NCBI GenBank assembly: GCA_963704755.1
Contig: OY969938.1
Span: 3,030,001-3,062,000, forward strand
Reading direction: 5' to 3'
DNA length: 32,000 nt
From: an uncultured Chloroflexia bacterium
GTDB lineage: Bacteria; Chloroflexota; Anaerolineae; Anaerolineales; Anaerolineaceae
A model generated the notes under the pieces. The model was not told the origin of the DNA and did not search any database. It saw only the letters and a program-made list of their open reading frames with translations. Below are positions 14,857 through 22,997 of this stretch, piece after piece. The translations under genes and the position numbers were made by a program. Every line of letters begins with the position of its first letter. Positions within the stretch are counted from its first letter, which is position 1.

Positions 14857-15393
14857 TTACGCCGGCCGGTTCACCTGGCGGATGCCCAGGCCGAGCGCCC
14901 AACCGGCGTAAGCTCCTACCAGGGCAAAACCCAGCGCAACGAAGGCGCCCGGGTTGTGGTGCAGAATTGTCTCGTAGAGCGGGATCCACAGGCCCACGGC
15001 CAGTCCGATCAGCCAGGGGCGCCGGCGGTTGAACAGGCCGATCAACCCGGCGACAGCCAGCATACCGAACAACAACACCCCCATATCGTCCCAGGTGGGA
15101 CGCGAATCGACAAAGGCTGCGGCTATACCGGCCAGCGCAGCCAGGCCAACCAGTGCTTTTTGCATATGCTTTATCCTTCCGTTGTAGAAAGAATCGCTAA
15201 CTTCCTTTATCGAGCCAAAACGCGCCAAAGCACGCCGTTCGGCTTCGGCCTGGTTTAAGCCCTGCTTTATGCCTTCGGCGACCGACTCGGTCAAATGTCC
15301 CTCGATCTCGGCAAACAGGTCCGCATCGGACAGGCCATAAAGAAAGAGCTTGCGCTTCAGGACTCGCAAATAGGCACGAATGGTTGATTCCAT
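14857..15393 (-). CDS. PadR-associated membrane protein (N-terminal helical prefix plus TM segments)
   Basis: ATG 15393 lies 1 nt after the padR stop, with GGAGG upstream. MESTIRAYLRVLKRKL...DADLFAEIEGHLTESV is typical of genes that follow padR. The C-terminal half is hydrophobic. Confidence 0.7.
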   Translation of the reverse strand: MESTIRAYLRVLKRKLFLYGLSDADLFAEIEGHLTESVAEGIKQGLNQAEAERRALARFGSIKEVSDSFYNGRIKHMQKALVGLAALAGIAAAFVDSRPTWDDMGVLLFGMLAVAGLIGLFNRRRPWLIGLAVGLWIPLYETILHHNPGAFVALGFALVGAYAGWALGLGIRQVNRPA

Positions 15394-15394
15394 C

Positions 15395-15712
15395 TCAAAC
15401 CTCCAGGGTCGCATTGACCGCGCTGGCAAAGAGATGCCATTCTTGCTGCCGTTTGGCCAGCGCGAGCTGGCCTTTTGCGGTGATCCGGTATATGCGCCTG
15501 CGGCGCGGCGCGTCTTCTGACCAGCCACTCTCCAGGAGCCCATTCGCTTCCAGGCGGTGCAGGGCCGGGTAAATGGTGCCTTCCGGCAGGTCAAAGGTGC
15601 CGCCGCTGCGCTGGCGCAGCGTTTCGACCACAGCGTAGCCATGGGCCGGCTTTTCAGCCAGCACGGCTAATAAAAGTAAATCAAGGTGGCCTTTCAGAGC
15701 TTCTCCAAACAT
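15395..15712 (-). CDS. PadR-family transcriptional regulator
   Basis: Winged-helix signature HGYAVVETL...GTIYPALHRLEANGLLES...RRIYRITAKG. Confidence 0.88.
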   Translation of the reverse strand: MFGEALKGHLDLLLLAVLAEKPAHGYAVVETLRQRSGGTFDLPEGTIYPALHRLEANGLLESGWSEDAPRRRRIYRITAKGQLALAKRQQEWHLFASAVNATLEV

Positions 15713-15719
15713 ACTTGCT

Positions 15720-15748
15720 ATTATATACTATGTATTGCTAGGTGTAAA
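15720..15748 (-). promoter_or_regulatory. Promoter of the padR operon with leaderless geometry
   Basis: On the minus strand: TTTACA (15748-15743), a 17-nt spacer, TATAAT (15725-15720), then 7 nt (agcaagt) before the ATG at 15712. No Shine-Dalgarno sequence is possible. Confidence 0.55.
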
Positions 15749-15757
15749 GGGGGCAAT

Positions 15758-15808
15758 TTGAGTATGTTTTATTCGTGGCGTCGCCGCCACGAATAAAAAC
15801 ATACTCAA
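15758..15808. repeat. Long hairpin (23-bp stem with one bulge) upstream of the padR promoter
   Basis: ttgagtatgttttattcgtggcg (15758-15780) pairs with cgccacgaataaaaacatactcaa (15785-15808). Confidence 0.75.
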
Positions 15809-16259
15809 TACCCTTATCCCGAACCGGTTATTTTTAGAGAAATACGATAAATAATTGCATATTTGCAAAATTTGGGGTAAATTATGAATAGATTTTTTGT
15901 CATTTTTACATCGTTCATGCTGGAGTCTTTCCGGAGGACACCGGACATCAATCACCTGGGTGAGTTGATCCCAGGAATTGTTTTCCTCCGGATTACGGGG
16001 TCATTCGACGAATGCTGGCAGCCGGGTAATGCTTTTGGAACATTTGCAAAAACCTTTACCCGGTAAATCTGAACAATACAGGGAAAACGCAGCATGACAA
16101 TATTTTCCTCCTGAGCAGTAATTCCGGGTATTTGGTGAGGCAATCCGCCCCGAAAATCACCCCAAATTTTTCTTTGGGAACAGCCCGTAAAACAGGGACA
16201 GTGCAATTGCTCTGTGACGGCTGTGATAATCGCATGATTCAACCAGAATGGAGGCAGCA

Positions 16260-17486
16260 ATGAAGCGTTGGTTATCGATTATTCTAATTGGCCTGGTGCT
16301 CGCGGGCACGTCGGCAATCGTCGTTCAGGCAGTAACGAATTCAGAAACCGAACCGAACGACAGCGCTGCCCAGGCAAACAGCCTTAGCCTGGTGGGAAAT
16401 ATGCAAGGAAGCATTTCACCGGCCGGCGATGCGGATTACTTTTCCATGCCGGGGATCAATACAACCTGGGGCTATATCGCCTTGCTGGATACGCAGGGCT
16501 CCAGTTCCAGCACCGATGCGACCCTGACGGCACTGGGTTCGGACGGCACCACCGTCTTGCAAAGCGACAGCGGTTCCTGGGAGAACGGCTCAGGCATCGC
16601 TTTACAGTCTTATGTGGATGGGAGTGCTACTCATTACCTGAAGGTTAACGAAACCGGCGACGATGCCACCATCTCGGATTATTCGCTGACCTATTACAAC
16701 ACTGTCGTTGCGACCCAGCCGGAAGTCGAGCCGAACGAAGACCGCTCGACCGGCACCCCGTCGGCTTTCACCATGTCCGGTACGCTGTCCAGCGGCAGCG
16801 ACGTGGATTGTTATCAGTTCCAGGGCCGCCAGAATGACTCGCTGGTGCTGGCGCTGAAAGCCGGCAGTGCCAGTACCGCCGATTATGCAGTGTCGCTGAT
16901 CGATCCATCCAACACGATCCTTGCCAGCGCCAACGCCAGTGGGGTGGGCGGCAACGAATTCATTTTGTATAACGGCCTGGCATCCGACGGGTTATATGCG
17001 TACTGCGTATCCCTGGCCGGCGGATCGGCTGGCCCGGACGCCGGCTACGATGTGGGCATAGTCCGTAATAGCCGTTTGTATTATCCGGCCTACAGCAATT
17101 ATGCCACCTGGGAAAACCCGGGCAGCGGCGGTATTGCCAGGGTTGGGGACACGCTCACCTTCACCCTCAACTTTTCCAACGACAGCCCGGTGGATATTCC
17201 CGGGTATATCAACTACACTATTTATTATGATGATACCTGTTTGCAATATCTCAGTTCGGATATCGCCCCCACTACCAACAATCCCGGATTTTTAGAGTGG
17301 TACGAATCGGTGAATGGGGTGGCGGCCGGTGAGGTGGCCGCGGTTTCTGTTGATTTCCAGGCTTTAAAGACCTGTAGCGACAGCATTAATTCGAACTACA
17401 CGACAGAATATTTTGATACCGCCACGGCGGCGGATGTCCCTTACACCATTGGTAACGCGATATTCTTGCCCCTGGTCGTCCATTAA
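16260..17486 (+). CDS. Secreted protein with two PPC (pre-peptidase C-terminal)-like domains and a further beta-rich C-terminal domain
   Basis: GGAGG (16250-16254) lies 5 nt before ATG 16260. Signal peptide MKRWLSIILIGLVLAGTSAIVVQA. The PPC pattern occurs twice: E(T/V)EPN(D/E)...G.(I/L)S...D.D.Y.F. Confidence 0.7.
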   Translation: MKRWLSIILIGLVLAGTSAIVVQAVTNSETEPNDSAAQANSLSLVGNMQGSISPAGDADYFSMPGINTTWGYIALLDTQGSSSSTDATLTALGSDGTTVLQSDSGSWENGSGIALQSYVDGSATHYLKVNETGDDATISDYSLTYYNTVVATQPEVEPNEDRSTGTPSAFTMSGTLSSGSDVDCYQFQGRQNDSLVLALKAGSASTADYAVSLIDPSNTILASANASGVGGNEFILYNGLASDGLYAYCVSLAGGSAGPDAGYDVGIVRNSRLYYPAYSNYATWENPGSGGIARVGDTLTFTLNFSNDSPVDIPGYINYTIYYDDTCLQYLSSDIAPTTNNPGFLEWYESVNGVAAGEVAAVSVDFQALKTCSDSINSNYTTEYFDTATAADVPYTIGNAIFLPLVVH

Positions 17487-17576
17487 AAAAAGCCGGCCGT
17501 TGACTGCTCTATCTGAAAAGAAAGACGTCCGGATTCGGGAATTTTGTGTATTGGATTGAGCAGGTCCGCTGGTAGA

Positions 17577-17622
17577 TAAAAAGGCAGGGTATTCGCGTGT
17601 TTTACACGCGGATACCCTGCCT
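17577..17622 (-). terminator. Intrinsic terminator of rnj (it also closes the convergent PPC gene)
   Basis: aggcagggtattcgcgtg (17582-17599) pairs with cacgcggataccctgcct (17605-17622) with one G-U pair. On the minus strand a T5 run follows. Confidence 0.7.
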
Positions 17623-17665
17623 GTATGAGATACGAGGTTATCTGTATCTCGGTGCGGATGCCTTT

Positions 17666-19309
17666 TTATTCCTTGGCGACGGTGACGTAGATCATCGGGC
17701 GCCGGTGGGTTTCCTTGTAAAGGTAACTGCTCAGCTCTTTCTCGATGTCCTTGGGCAAACTGCCGTTGGCGGTAGCGGTTGCCATTCCGGCGACCCGCTG
17801 GCGGGCCTCATCCATTACGCCGTCGGTGTCCCGCGAGAGCATGAACCCACGGCTGGTAATCTGCGGCTCACGCCGCAGGCTGCCGCTGAAACGGTCCAAC
17901 GTCACGTTGACCATGACGATCCCATCTCGCGCCAGGGTTTCGCGTTCCTTCAAAACGTCCTGGTCGGCTTCGCCGACACTGGAACCTTCCACAAAGACTT
18001 CTGAGGTCGGCACGCGTTCACCCAGCTTCATGCTCTGGCTGTCCAGCAGAATGACCTGGCCGTTTTCAACCACGGCGACGTTTTCTTTGGGGATGCCAAC
18101 TTCCTGAGCCAGCAGCGCGTGCTGGTGGAGCTGGCGCAGCTCTCCGTGGATGGGGATCATAAATTTCGGGCGGGTCAGGTGGATGAGCAGTTTCATCTCT
18201 TCCTGGCTGGCGTGGCCCGAGACGTGCACCGGGGCGATGGCTTCGTAGATTACCTGCGCGCCGCGCTTGAACAACCGGTTGATGGTGCGGTACACGTTTT
18301 CTTCATTGCCCGGGATGGGGTGCGAAGAAAGCACGACCGTATCGCCGGGAACCACATCGAATAAACGATTGGTGCCGGTCGAGAGCCGGCCCATAATCGA
18401 GGTCGGTTCGCCCTGCGAGCCGGTGCACATGATGACCACATCCTTGGCGGGCATGGTCAAGGCTTGCTCGATGCTGATCAACAGCTTTTCGGAGATATTC
18501 AGATAGCCCAGTTTGCGGGCGATTTTGACATTATCCAACATGCTGGTGCCGGCAAAGGCCAGCTTGCGCTGGTAGCGTTCGGAAATGTTGGCTACCTGCT
18601 GCATGCGTGAGATCAGCGAGGCGAAACTGGCGATGATAATGCGCCCTTCGGCCTTTTTGAAGACTTTGTCGAGGCCCTCGTCGATGACTCGCTCCGAGGG
18701 GGTCCAGCCGGGCCGCTCCGAGTTGGTCGAATCGGCCAGCAGGGCCAGCACACCGCGTTGAGAGAACTCGGCCAGTTTGGCGTAATCGCTGGGCCAGTCA
18801 TCTACCGGCGTAGGGTCGAATTTGTAATCGGATTGGTGCACGATCAGGCCGACCGGGGTGGTAATGCCCAGGCTGACGCCATCCGGGATCGAATGGCAGA
18901 CGTGGACGAATTCCACTTTGAAGGGCCCAATCTGGACCGTATCGCCGGCCTGTACGGTGCGCAGGTCAGCCTTGTCCAGGCTGCCCTGTTTGGCCAGCTT
19001 TACTTCCAACAAGCCGCGGGTCAGCGGCGTGGCGTAGATAGGCGCGTTGATTTCGTCCAGCACGTGCCGGATTGCGCCGGTGTGGTCTTCGTGGCCGTGG
19101 GTGATGATGATGCCGCGCACCTTGTCGCGTTTGTCGAATAGATAGGAGAAATCCGGGATGATATAGTCCACACCCAGCATGTCGCTGTCTGGAAACATCA
19201 TACCGGTATCGACGATCAGTATTTCACCATCGTATTCGTATACCATCATATTGCGCCCAACTTCCCCGAGACCCCCCAGGGGAATGATGCGTAGTTTTTT
19301 AGCTTTCAT
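17666..19309 (-). CDS. rnj: Ribonuclease J (metallo-beta-lactamase / beta-CASP)
   Basis: N-terminus KLRIIPLGGLGEVGRNM, the HGHEDHTGA motif, 547 aa, and overall RNase J colinearity. Confidence 0.92.
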   Translation of the reverse strand: MKAKKLRIIPLGGLGEVGRNMMVYEYDGEILIVDTGMMFPDSDMLGVDYIIPDFSYLFDKRDKVRGIIITHGHEDHTGAIRHVLDEINAPIYATPLTRGLLEVKLAKQGSLDKADLRTVQAGDTVQIGPFKVEFVHVCHSIPDGVSLGITTPVGLIVHQSDYKFDPTPVDDWPSDYAKLAEFSQRGVLALLADSTNSERPGWTPSERVIDEGLDKVFKKAEGRIIIASFASLISRMQQVANISERYQRKLAFAGTSMLDNVKIARKLGYLNISEKLLISIEQALTMPAKDVVIMCTGSQGEPTSIMGRLSTGTNRLFDVVPGDTVVLSSHPIPGNEENVYRTINRLFKRGAQVIYEAIAPVHVSGHASQEEMKLLIHLTRPKFMIPIHGELRQLHQHALLAQEVGIPKENVAVVENGQVILLDSQSMKLGERVPTSEVFVEGSSVGEADQDVLKERETLARDGIVMVNVTLDRFSGSLRREPQITSRGFMLSRDTDGVMDEARQRVAGMATATANGSLPKDIEKELSSYLYKETHRRPMIYVTVAKE

Positions 19310-19511
19310 ACATTTAAAGTACCTGCTTTCAAGTTTATGATTTGTTTAAAAACACAGAATTCTGTGTAAAACAGTTCAAAAATAGGGTGCAGCCATCCGG
19401 CCGAACCATGTGATACGTACTGATTCAGGTTGCCGGTAAATCCGGTCTGTTAAAGCTCGTATCCCACCTGTACCGATCTTCCGGTACGAATTTTTGTCAA
19501 TCAATTGCAAT

Positions 19512-19540
19512 ATTTTAACACAGTAGGTGGCTTTTGTCAA
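19512..19540 (-). promoter_or_regulatory. Near-consensus promoter about 200 nt upstream of rnj
   Basis: On the minus strand: TTGACA (19540-19535), a 17-nt spacer, then TAAAAT (19517-19512). Confidence 0.55.
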
Positions 19541-19616
19541 AAATCATTGCCATTTTGTAAGGTAAAGGTCTTTTTGCAAGAAGAATTTTAACACGAAGTC
19601 GCTTTGTTTTTTTTAA

Positions 19617-19665
19617 ATCCGAAGATGTGACCGCGGGTTTTCAACCGCGGTCACATCTTCGGATT
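19617..19665 (-). terminator. 20-bp-stem hairpin after the YeiH-like gene
   Basis: atccgaagatgtgaccgcgg (19617-19636) pairs with ccgcggtcacatcttcggat (19646-19665). Confidence 0.55.
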
Positions 19666-19693
19666 CTTACTGCTCAAGCTGGTGAGGGGACCT

Positions 19694-20689
19694 TTACCAC
19701 AACCGCATGGCAATTTGAGCGCCAAGCGAAGAAAGCATCACGATCAACCAGGTGGACGCTCCTAAAATCAAGGCGCGCGGGCCGGTTTTCTTGAAGGCGC
19801 GGAAGTTCGTGTTCAGGCCGATGGCGGACATGGCCATGATGATAAAGAATTTGCCGGCCTGGGCCAGGGTAGAAGAAACCTGCCCGGGAAGCCAGCCGGT
19901 GCTGTTGAGAATCGCGGCTGCCAGGAAGCCGACCACAAACCAGGGGAATACCTTCACAAAATTAAAATTGTTGTTCTGGCTTTCTCTGGTACGGGCACTC
20001 AGGATGGCCAGCGCCAGGGTGACGGGTACGATCATCAGGCTGCGGGTCAGCTTTACGATCGTGGCGTAATTCCCGGCCGCATTGCTGAATGAATATCCGG
20101 CAGCTACCACCGAGGACGTATCGTTGATGGCCGTTCCGGCCCACAAGCCGAATCCGGGATCGCTCATATTCAGCAGATGGCCCACAAAGGGGAACAAAAA
20201 CACGGCGATGATATTGAAGAGAAAAATCGTGGAGATCGCGAAGGAAATTTCCTCGTCATCCGCGTCGATGGCCGGGGCCGCGGCGGCAATGGCCGAACCG
20301 CCGCAAATCGCGGTCCCGACTCCGATCAGGATGGCCAGGTTCTTGTGAATTTGCAGGCGCTTACCCATGAAATAGGCGGTGAGAAAGGATGCAGTCAGAG
20401 TGAGGAAGATCACCAGGATCGATTGTTGGCCGACCTGGATCACGCTGGCGAGGTTCATCTCGAAGCCGAGCAGGATGACGGCGAATTGAAGGATGTACTT
20501 CGAGGTGAATTTGATCCCTTTCCAGGCAGGTTCGGGAAGTTTGAACAGGGATACGACCAGAATCCCAAGGGTAATACCGATAACCGGCCCGCCGATCACA
20601 GGGATCAACTTTCCAAGAAGGTATGCGCAGACAGCGATGGCAAGGGACAGCAGGGTTCCTGGTGCCTTTTCATGAATAAATTGGGTCAC
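19694..20689 (-). CDS. YeiH/UPF0324-family membrane protein (putative sulfate-exporter-family transporter)
   Basis: GTG start at 20689 with AGGAG 9 nt upstream. About 10 TM segments. The gene is divergent from a LysR gene, as in E. coli yeiE-yeiH. Confidence 0.75.
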   Translation of the reverse strand: MTQFIHEKAPGTLLSLAIAVCAYLLGKLIPVIGGPVIGITLGILVVSLFKLPEPAWKGIKFTSKYILQFAVILLGFEMNLASVIQVGQQSILVIFLTLTASFLTAYFMGKRLQIHKNLAILIGVGTAICGGSAIAAAAPAIDADDEEISFAISTIFLFNIIAVFLFPFVGHLLNMSDPGFGLWAGTAINDTSSVVAAGYSFSNAAGNYATIVKLTRSLMIVPVTLALAILSARTRESQNNNFNFVKVFPWFVVGFLAAAILNSTGWLPGQVSSTLAQAGKFFIIMAMSAIGLNTNFRAFKKTGPRALILGASTWLIVMLSSLGAQIAMRLW

Positions 20690-20716
20690 GATGAATTGCT
20701 CCTGAGAATAATTTGA

Positions 20717-20815
20717 GTAACTGCTCGGCCAGGCGATGAAGAGTTTTGAAATTGAGGTGTTTGTGCGGGCGAAGCCCGCACAAACACCTCAATTTCAAAA
20801 AATTTGAGTAGTTAC
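20717..20815 (-). mobile_element. MITE-like nested palindrome, family A, in the yeiH-like/LysR divergent intergenic region
   Basis: Inner arms are ttttgaaattgaggtgtttgtgcggg (20744-20769) and cccgcacaaacacctcaatttcaaaa (20775-20800). Outer arms are gtaactgctcggcc and gagtagttac. Confidence 0.7.
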
Positions 20816-20934
20816 TGATTTGAAGACGTTTTTAATGGGCTTTGATCTGGGTTTGGAAGGGCAGCGGCAATCATATCTGCCAATGGATTATTTGTAAAAT
20901 AGTATAATTTTATAAATATCATAAGGATGTGCCT

Positions 20935-21822
20935 ATGAACTTGCGCCACTATCAAATATTCTTAGCTGTATGCGAAACGGGAACCATGACCGGGGCAGCC
21001 AGGCGCTTGTATATGACCCAACCTTCGGTCAGCCAGGTGATTTCCGAGTTGGAGCGGGAATATTCTGTGCGGTTATTCGAACGGTTGAACCACCGCCTGT
21101 TCCTGACCGAGGCTGGAGAACAACTGCGTTCGTATGCCAGTCATATGGTGAATTTGTCAAATCAGGTTAAAAAAGAACTGGCCGAACTTGGATCGGCCGG
21201 GACAATACGGGTCGGTGCCAGCCAGACGGTCGGAGCTTATTTACTGCCCCAAATTTTGCGGAAATATCGGACGAAAAAGCCGGATGTTGACCTGTATTCG
21301 ATCGTGGATAATACCCGGGTCATTGAAAACCTGGTCCTCGAGGATCAGATCGACCTGGGGGTGGTGGAAGGGGCGATCCACTCCAAATATATCCAGCAGG
21401 AGACGCTTTGCGACGATGACCTGGTCGTTATTTGCGGTAAGGGCCATCCATTCTGGCAGAAGGTCAGGATCGATATCACTGATTTGGAGGGGCAGGCGTT
21501 CATCATCCGCGAATCGGGCAGCGGCACCCGCGACCTGTTTGAAAAGGTGATGGGTAAAGCCGGGACGAACTGGAAGATTGCCGGGGTGTACAGCAATACC
21601 GAGCCGATCAAGAAGGCGGTCAGCGAAAACCTGGCCCTGGCCGTGGTGCCCAAGATTTCGATTGTGGATGAGCAGAAACTTGGACTGGTCAGGGAAGTTG
21701 CCGTGAGCGGGGTGGACTTCCGGCGGAAATTCAACCTGGTGGTTCACCGCCAAAAATATCTGACCGCCGCGATCCTGTCCTTTATCGAAGTGTGTAAAAT
21801 CGTCGCTTTGCAGACCGACTGA
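20935..21822 (+). CDS. LysR-family transcriptional regulator (YeiE-like context)
   Basis: MNLRHYQIFLAVCETGTMTGAARRLYMTQPSVSQVISELE helix-turn-helix, followed by a LysR substrate-binding domain. Confidence 0.88.
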   Translation: MNLRHYQIFLAVCETGTMTGAARRLYMTQPSVSQVISELEREYSVRLFERLNHRLFLTEAGEQLRSYASHMVNLSNQVKKELAELGSAGTIRVGASQTVGAYLLPQILRKYRTKKPDVDLYSIVDNTRVIENLVLEDQIDLGVVEGAIHSKYIQQETLCDDDLVVICGKGHPFWQKVRIDITDLEGQAFIIRESGSGTRDLFEKVMGKAGTNWKIAGVYSNTEPIKKAVSENLALAVVPKISIVDEQKLGLVREVAVSGVDFRRKFNLVVHRQKYLTAAILSFIEVCKIVALQTD

Positions 21823-21990
21823 AAAATAATATTTATTCCTTCGAAGCGGCCGGAGAGCGGGTTCGACAGGTTGGCTCTTCCCCCTGAATTGGGTTTTGAT
21901 TTGGGGGAAAGCGGGGCGCATTACGCCGATATGATGCCGGTGGTTAAGAATTACCCACGGAACCCTCCAGCCGCTCTACATCCTAAAGTG

Positions 21991-22070
21991 GATCGGCCCG
22001 GTCTCCAGACTGAGGCCGCTCTTCCTGGCCGGCCAATAAGAGCGGCCTCGGTCTGGAGACCGGGCCGATC
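21991..22070. repeat. 33-bp-stem palindrome built from family C units
   Basis: gatcggcccggtctccagactgaggccgctctt (21991-22023) pairs with aagagcggcctcggtctggagaccgggccgatc (22038-22070) with one G-T pair. Confidence 0.85.
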
Positions 22071-22163
22071 GCTTTGACCAATCGGATGGGTTTTTAGTGT
22101 GCAGTCCATTTACACAATTCGTTTGACATTCTCTAAAGAATTACCCACGGAACCCTTCACCCG

Positions 22164-22275
22164 CCCTTTATCCTCATTGCCTTATCTCCTCATTGCCTTA
22201 TCTCCTCATGATCTCATCTCCTCATGATCTCATCTCCTCATTGCCTCATCTCCTTATTGCCTTATTCCTATTCTC
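22164..22275 (+). repeat. Imperfect 16-nt tandem repeat (about 6 units), CT-rich, just upstream of maf
   Basis: Units: ccttatctcctcattg (22180), ccttatctcctcatga (22196), tctcatctcctcatga (22212), tctcatctcctcattg (22228), cctcatctccttattg (22244), ccttattcctattctc (22260). Confidence 0.85.
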
Positions 22276-22327
22276 TATTCTCTCCTCTCTTCCTTTCTCT
22301 TAATATCACTGTGTTAGAATCAACCCA

Positions 22328-22984
22328 ATGTTTCTGCTTGCTTCGAATTCACCGCGCAGGCGGGAAATGCTGGCCTGGACGGGCTGGGATTTCCGCGTGA
22401 TGCCGGCTAACCTGGATGAAAGCCGGCTGCCTGACGAGCCGGCGGGTACCTATGTACTGCGCCTGGCCAATGCCAAGGCGAATGCCATGCGCTCCCAGGC
22501 CCAACCGGGCGAGCTGGTCCTGGCAGCCGATACGATTGTTGTGGACGGTGACCAGTTGTTGGGCAAGCCGGCCGGGCCGGCCGAGGCCGGTGCGGTACTG
22601 CGCCAGTTGCGCGGGCGCACCCACCAGGTGTACACCGCCCTGGCGGTCATCGATCCACGTGAGGGGGTGACCCAACCGGACCTGTGTGTTTCACAGGTGC
22701 CCATGCGGCCTTATTCGGACGCAGAGATCGAGGCCTATATTCTAAGCGGTGATCCTTTCGATAAAGCCGGCGGATATGCCATCCAGAATGAGGCCTTTCA
22801 TCCGGTAGTGGGGTTTCGGGGCTGTTTCGCCAGCGTAATGGGACTTCCCCTCTGTCATCTGGCACGAACTGTGGGTAAAATTGGAATCAACCCCCCGGTG
22901 GATATTCCTCAAACCTGTCAGGCGCACCTCGACTACGATTGCCCGGTTTTTCGTTCGGTCCTTCGTGGAGAGGCGGCTGGCTAA
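22328..22984 (+). CDS. maf: Maf-like nucleoside-triphosphate pyrophosphatase with a Cys-containing C-terminal extension
   Basis: Motifs LASNSPRRREML, AADTIVV and DKAGGYAIQ. Confidence 0.88.
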   Translation: MFLLASNSPRRREMLAWTGWDFRVMPANLDESRLPDEPAGTYVLRLANAKANAMRSQAQPGELVLAADTIVVDGDQLLGKPAGPAEAGAVLRQLRGRTHQVYTALAVIDPREGVTQPDLCVSQVPMRPYSDAEIEAYILSGDPFDKAGGYAIQNEAFHPVVGFRGCFASVMGLPLCHLARTVGKIGINPPVDIPQTCQAHLDYDCPVFRSVLRGEAAG

Positions 22985-22997
22985 TCCCCGGGTGTAT

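Noticed and set aside
14857-15642. 261-aa ORF overlapping padR.
   Set aside because: The N-terminal 83 residues are an alternative frame of padR. The real start is ATG 15393, with GGAGG upstream, 1 nt after the padR stop.
15884-16066. 60-aa ORF in the AT-rich padR / PPC-gene spacer.
   Set aside because: It has no RBS and no recognisable motif, and it lies in a probable promoter region. The evidence is insufficient.
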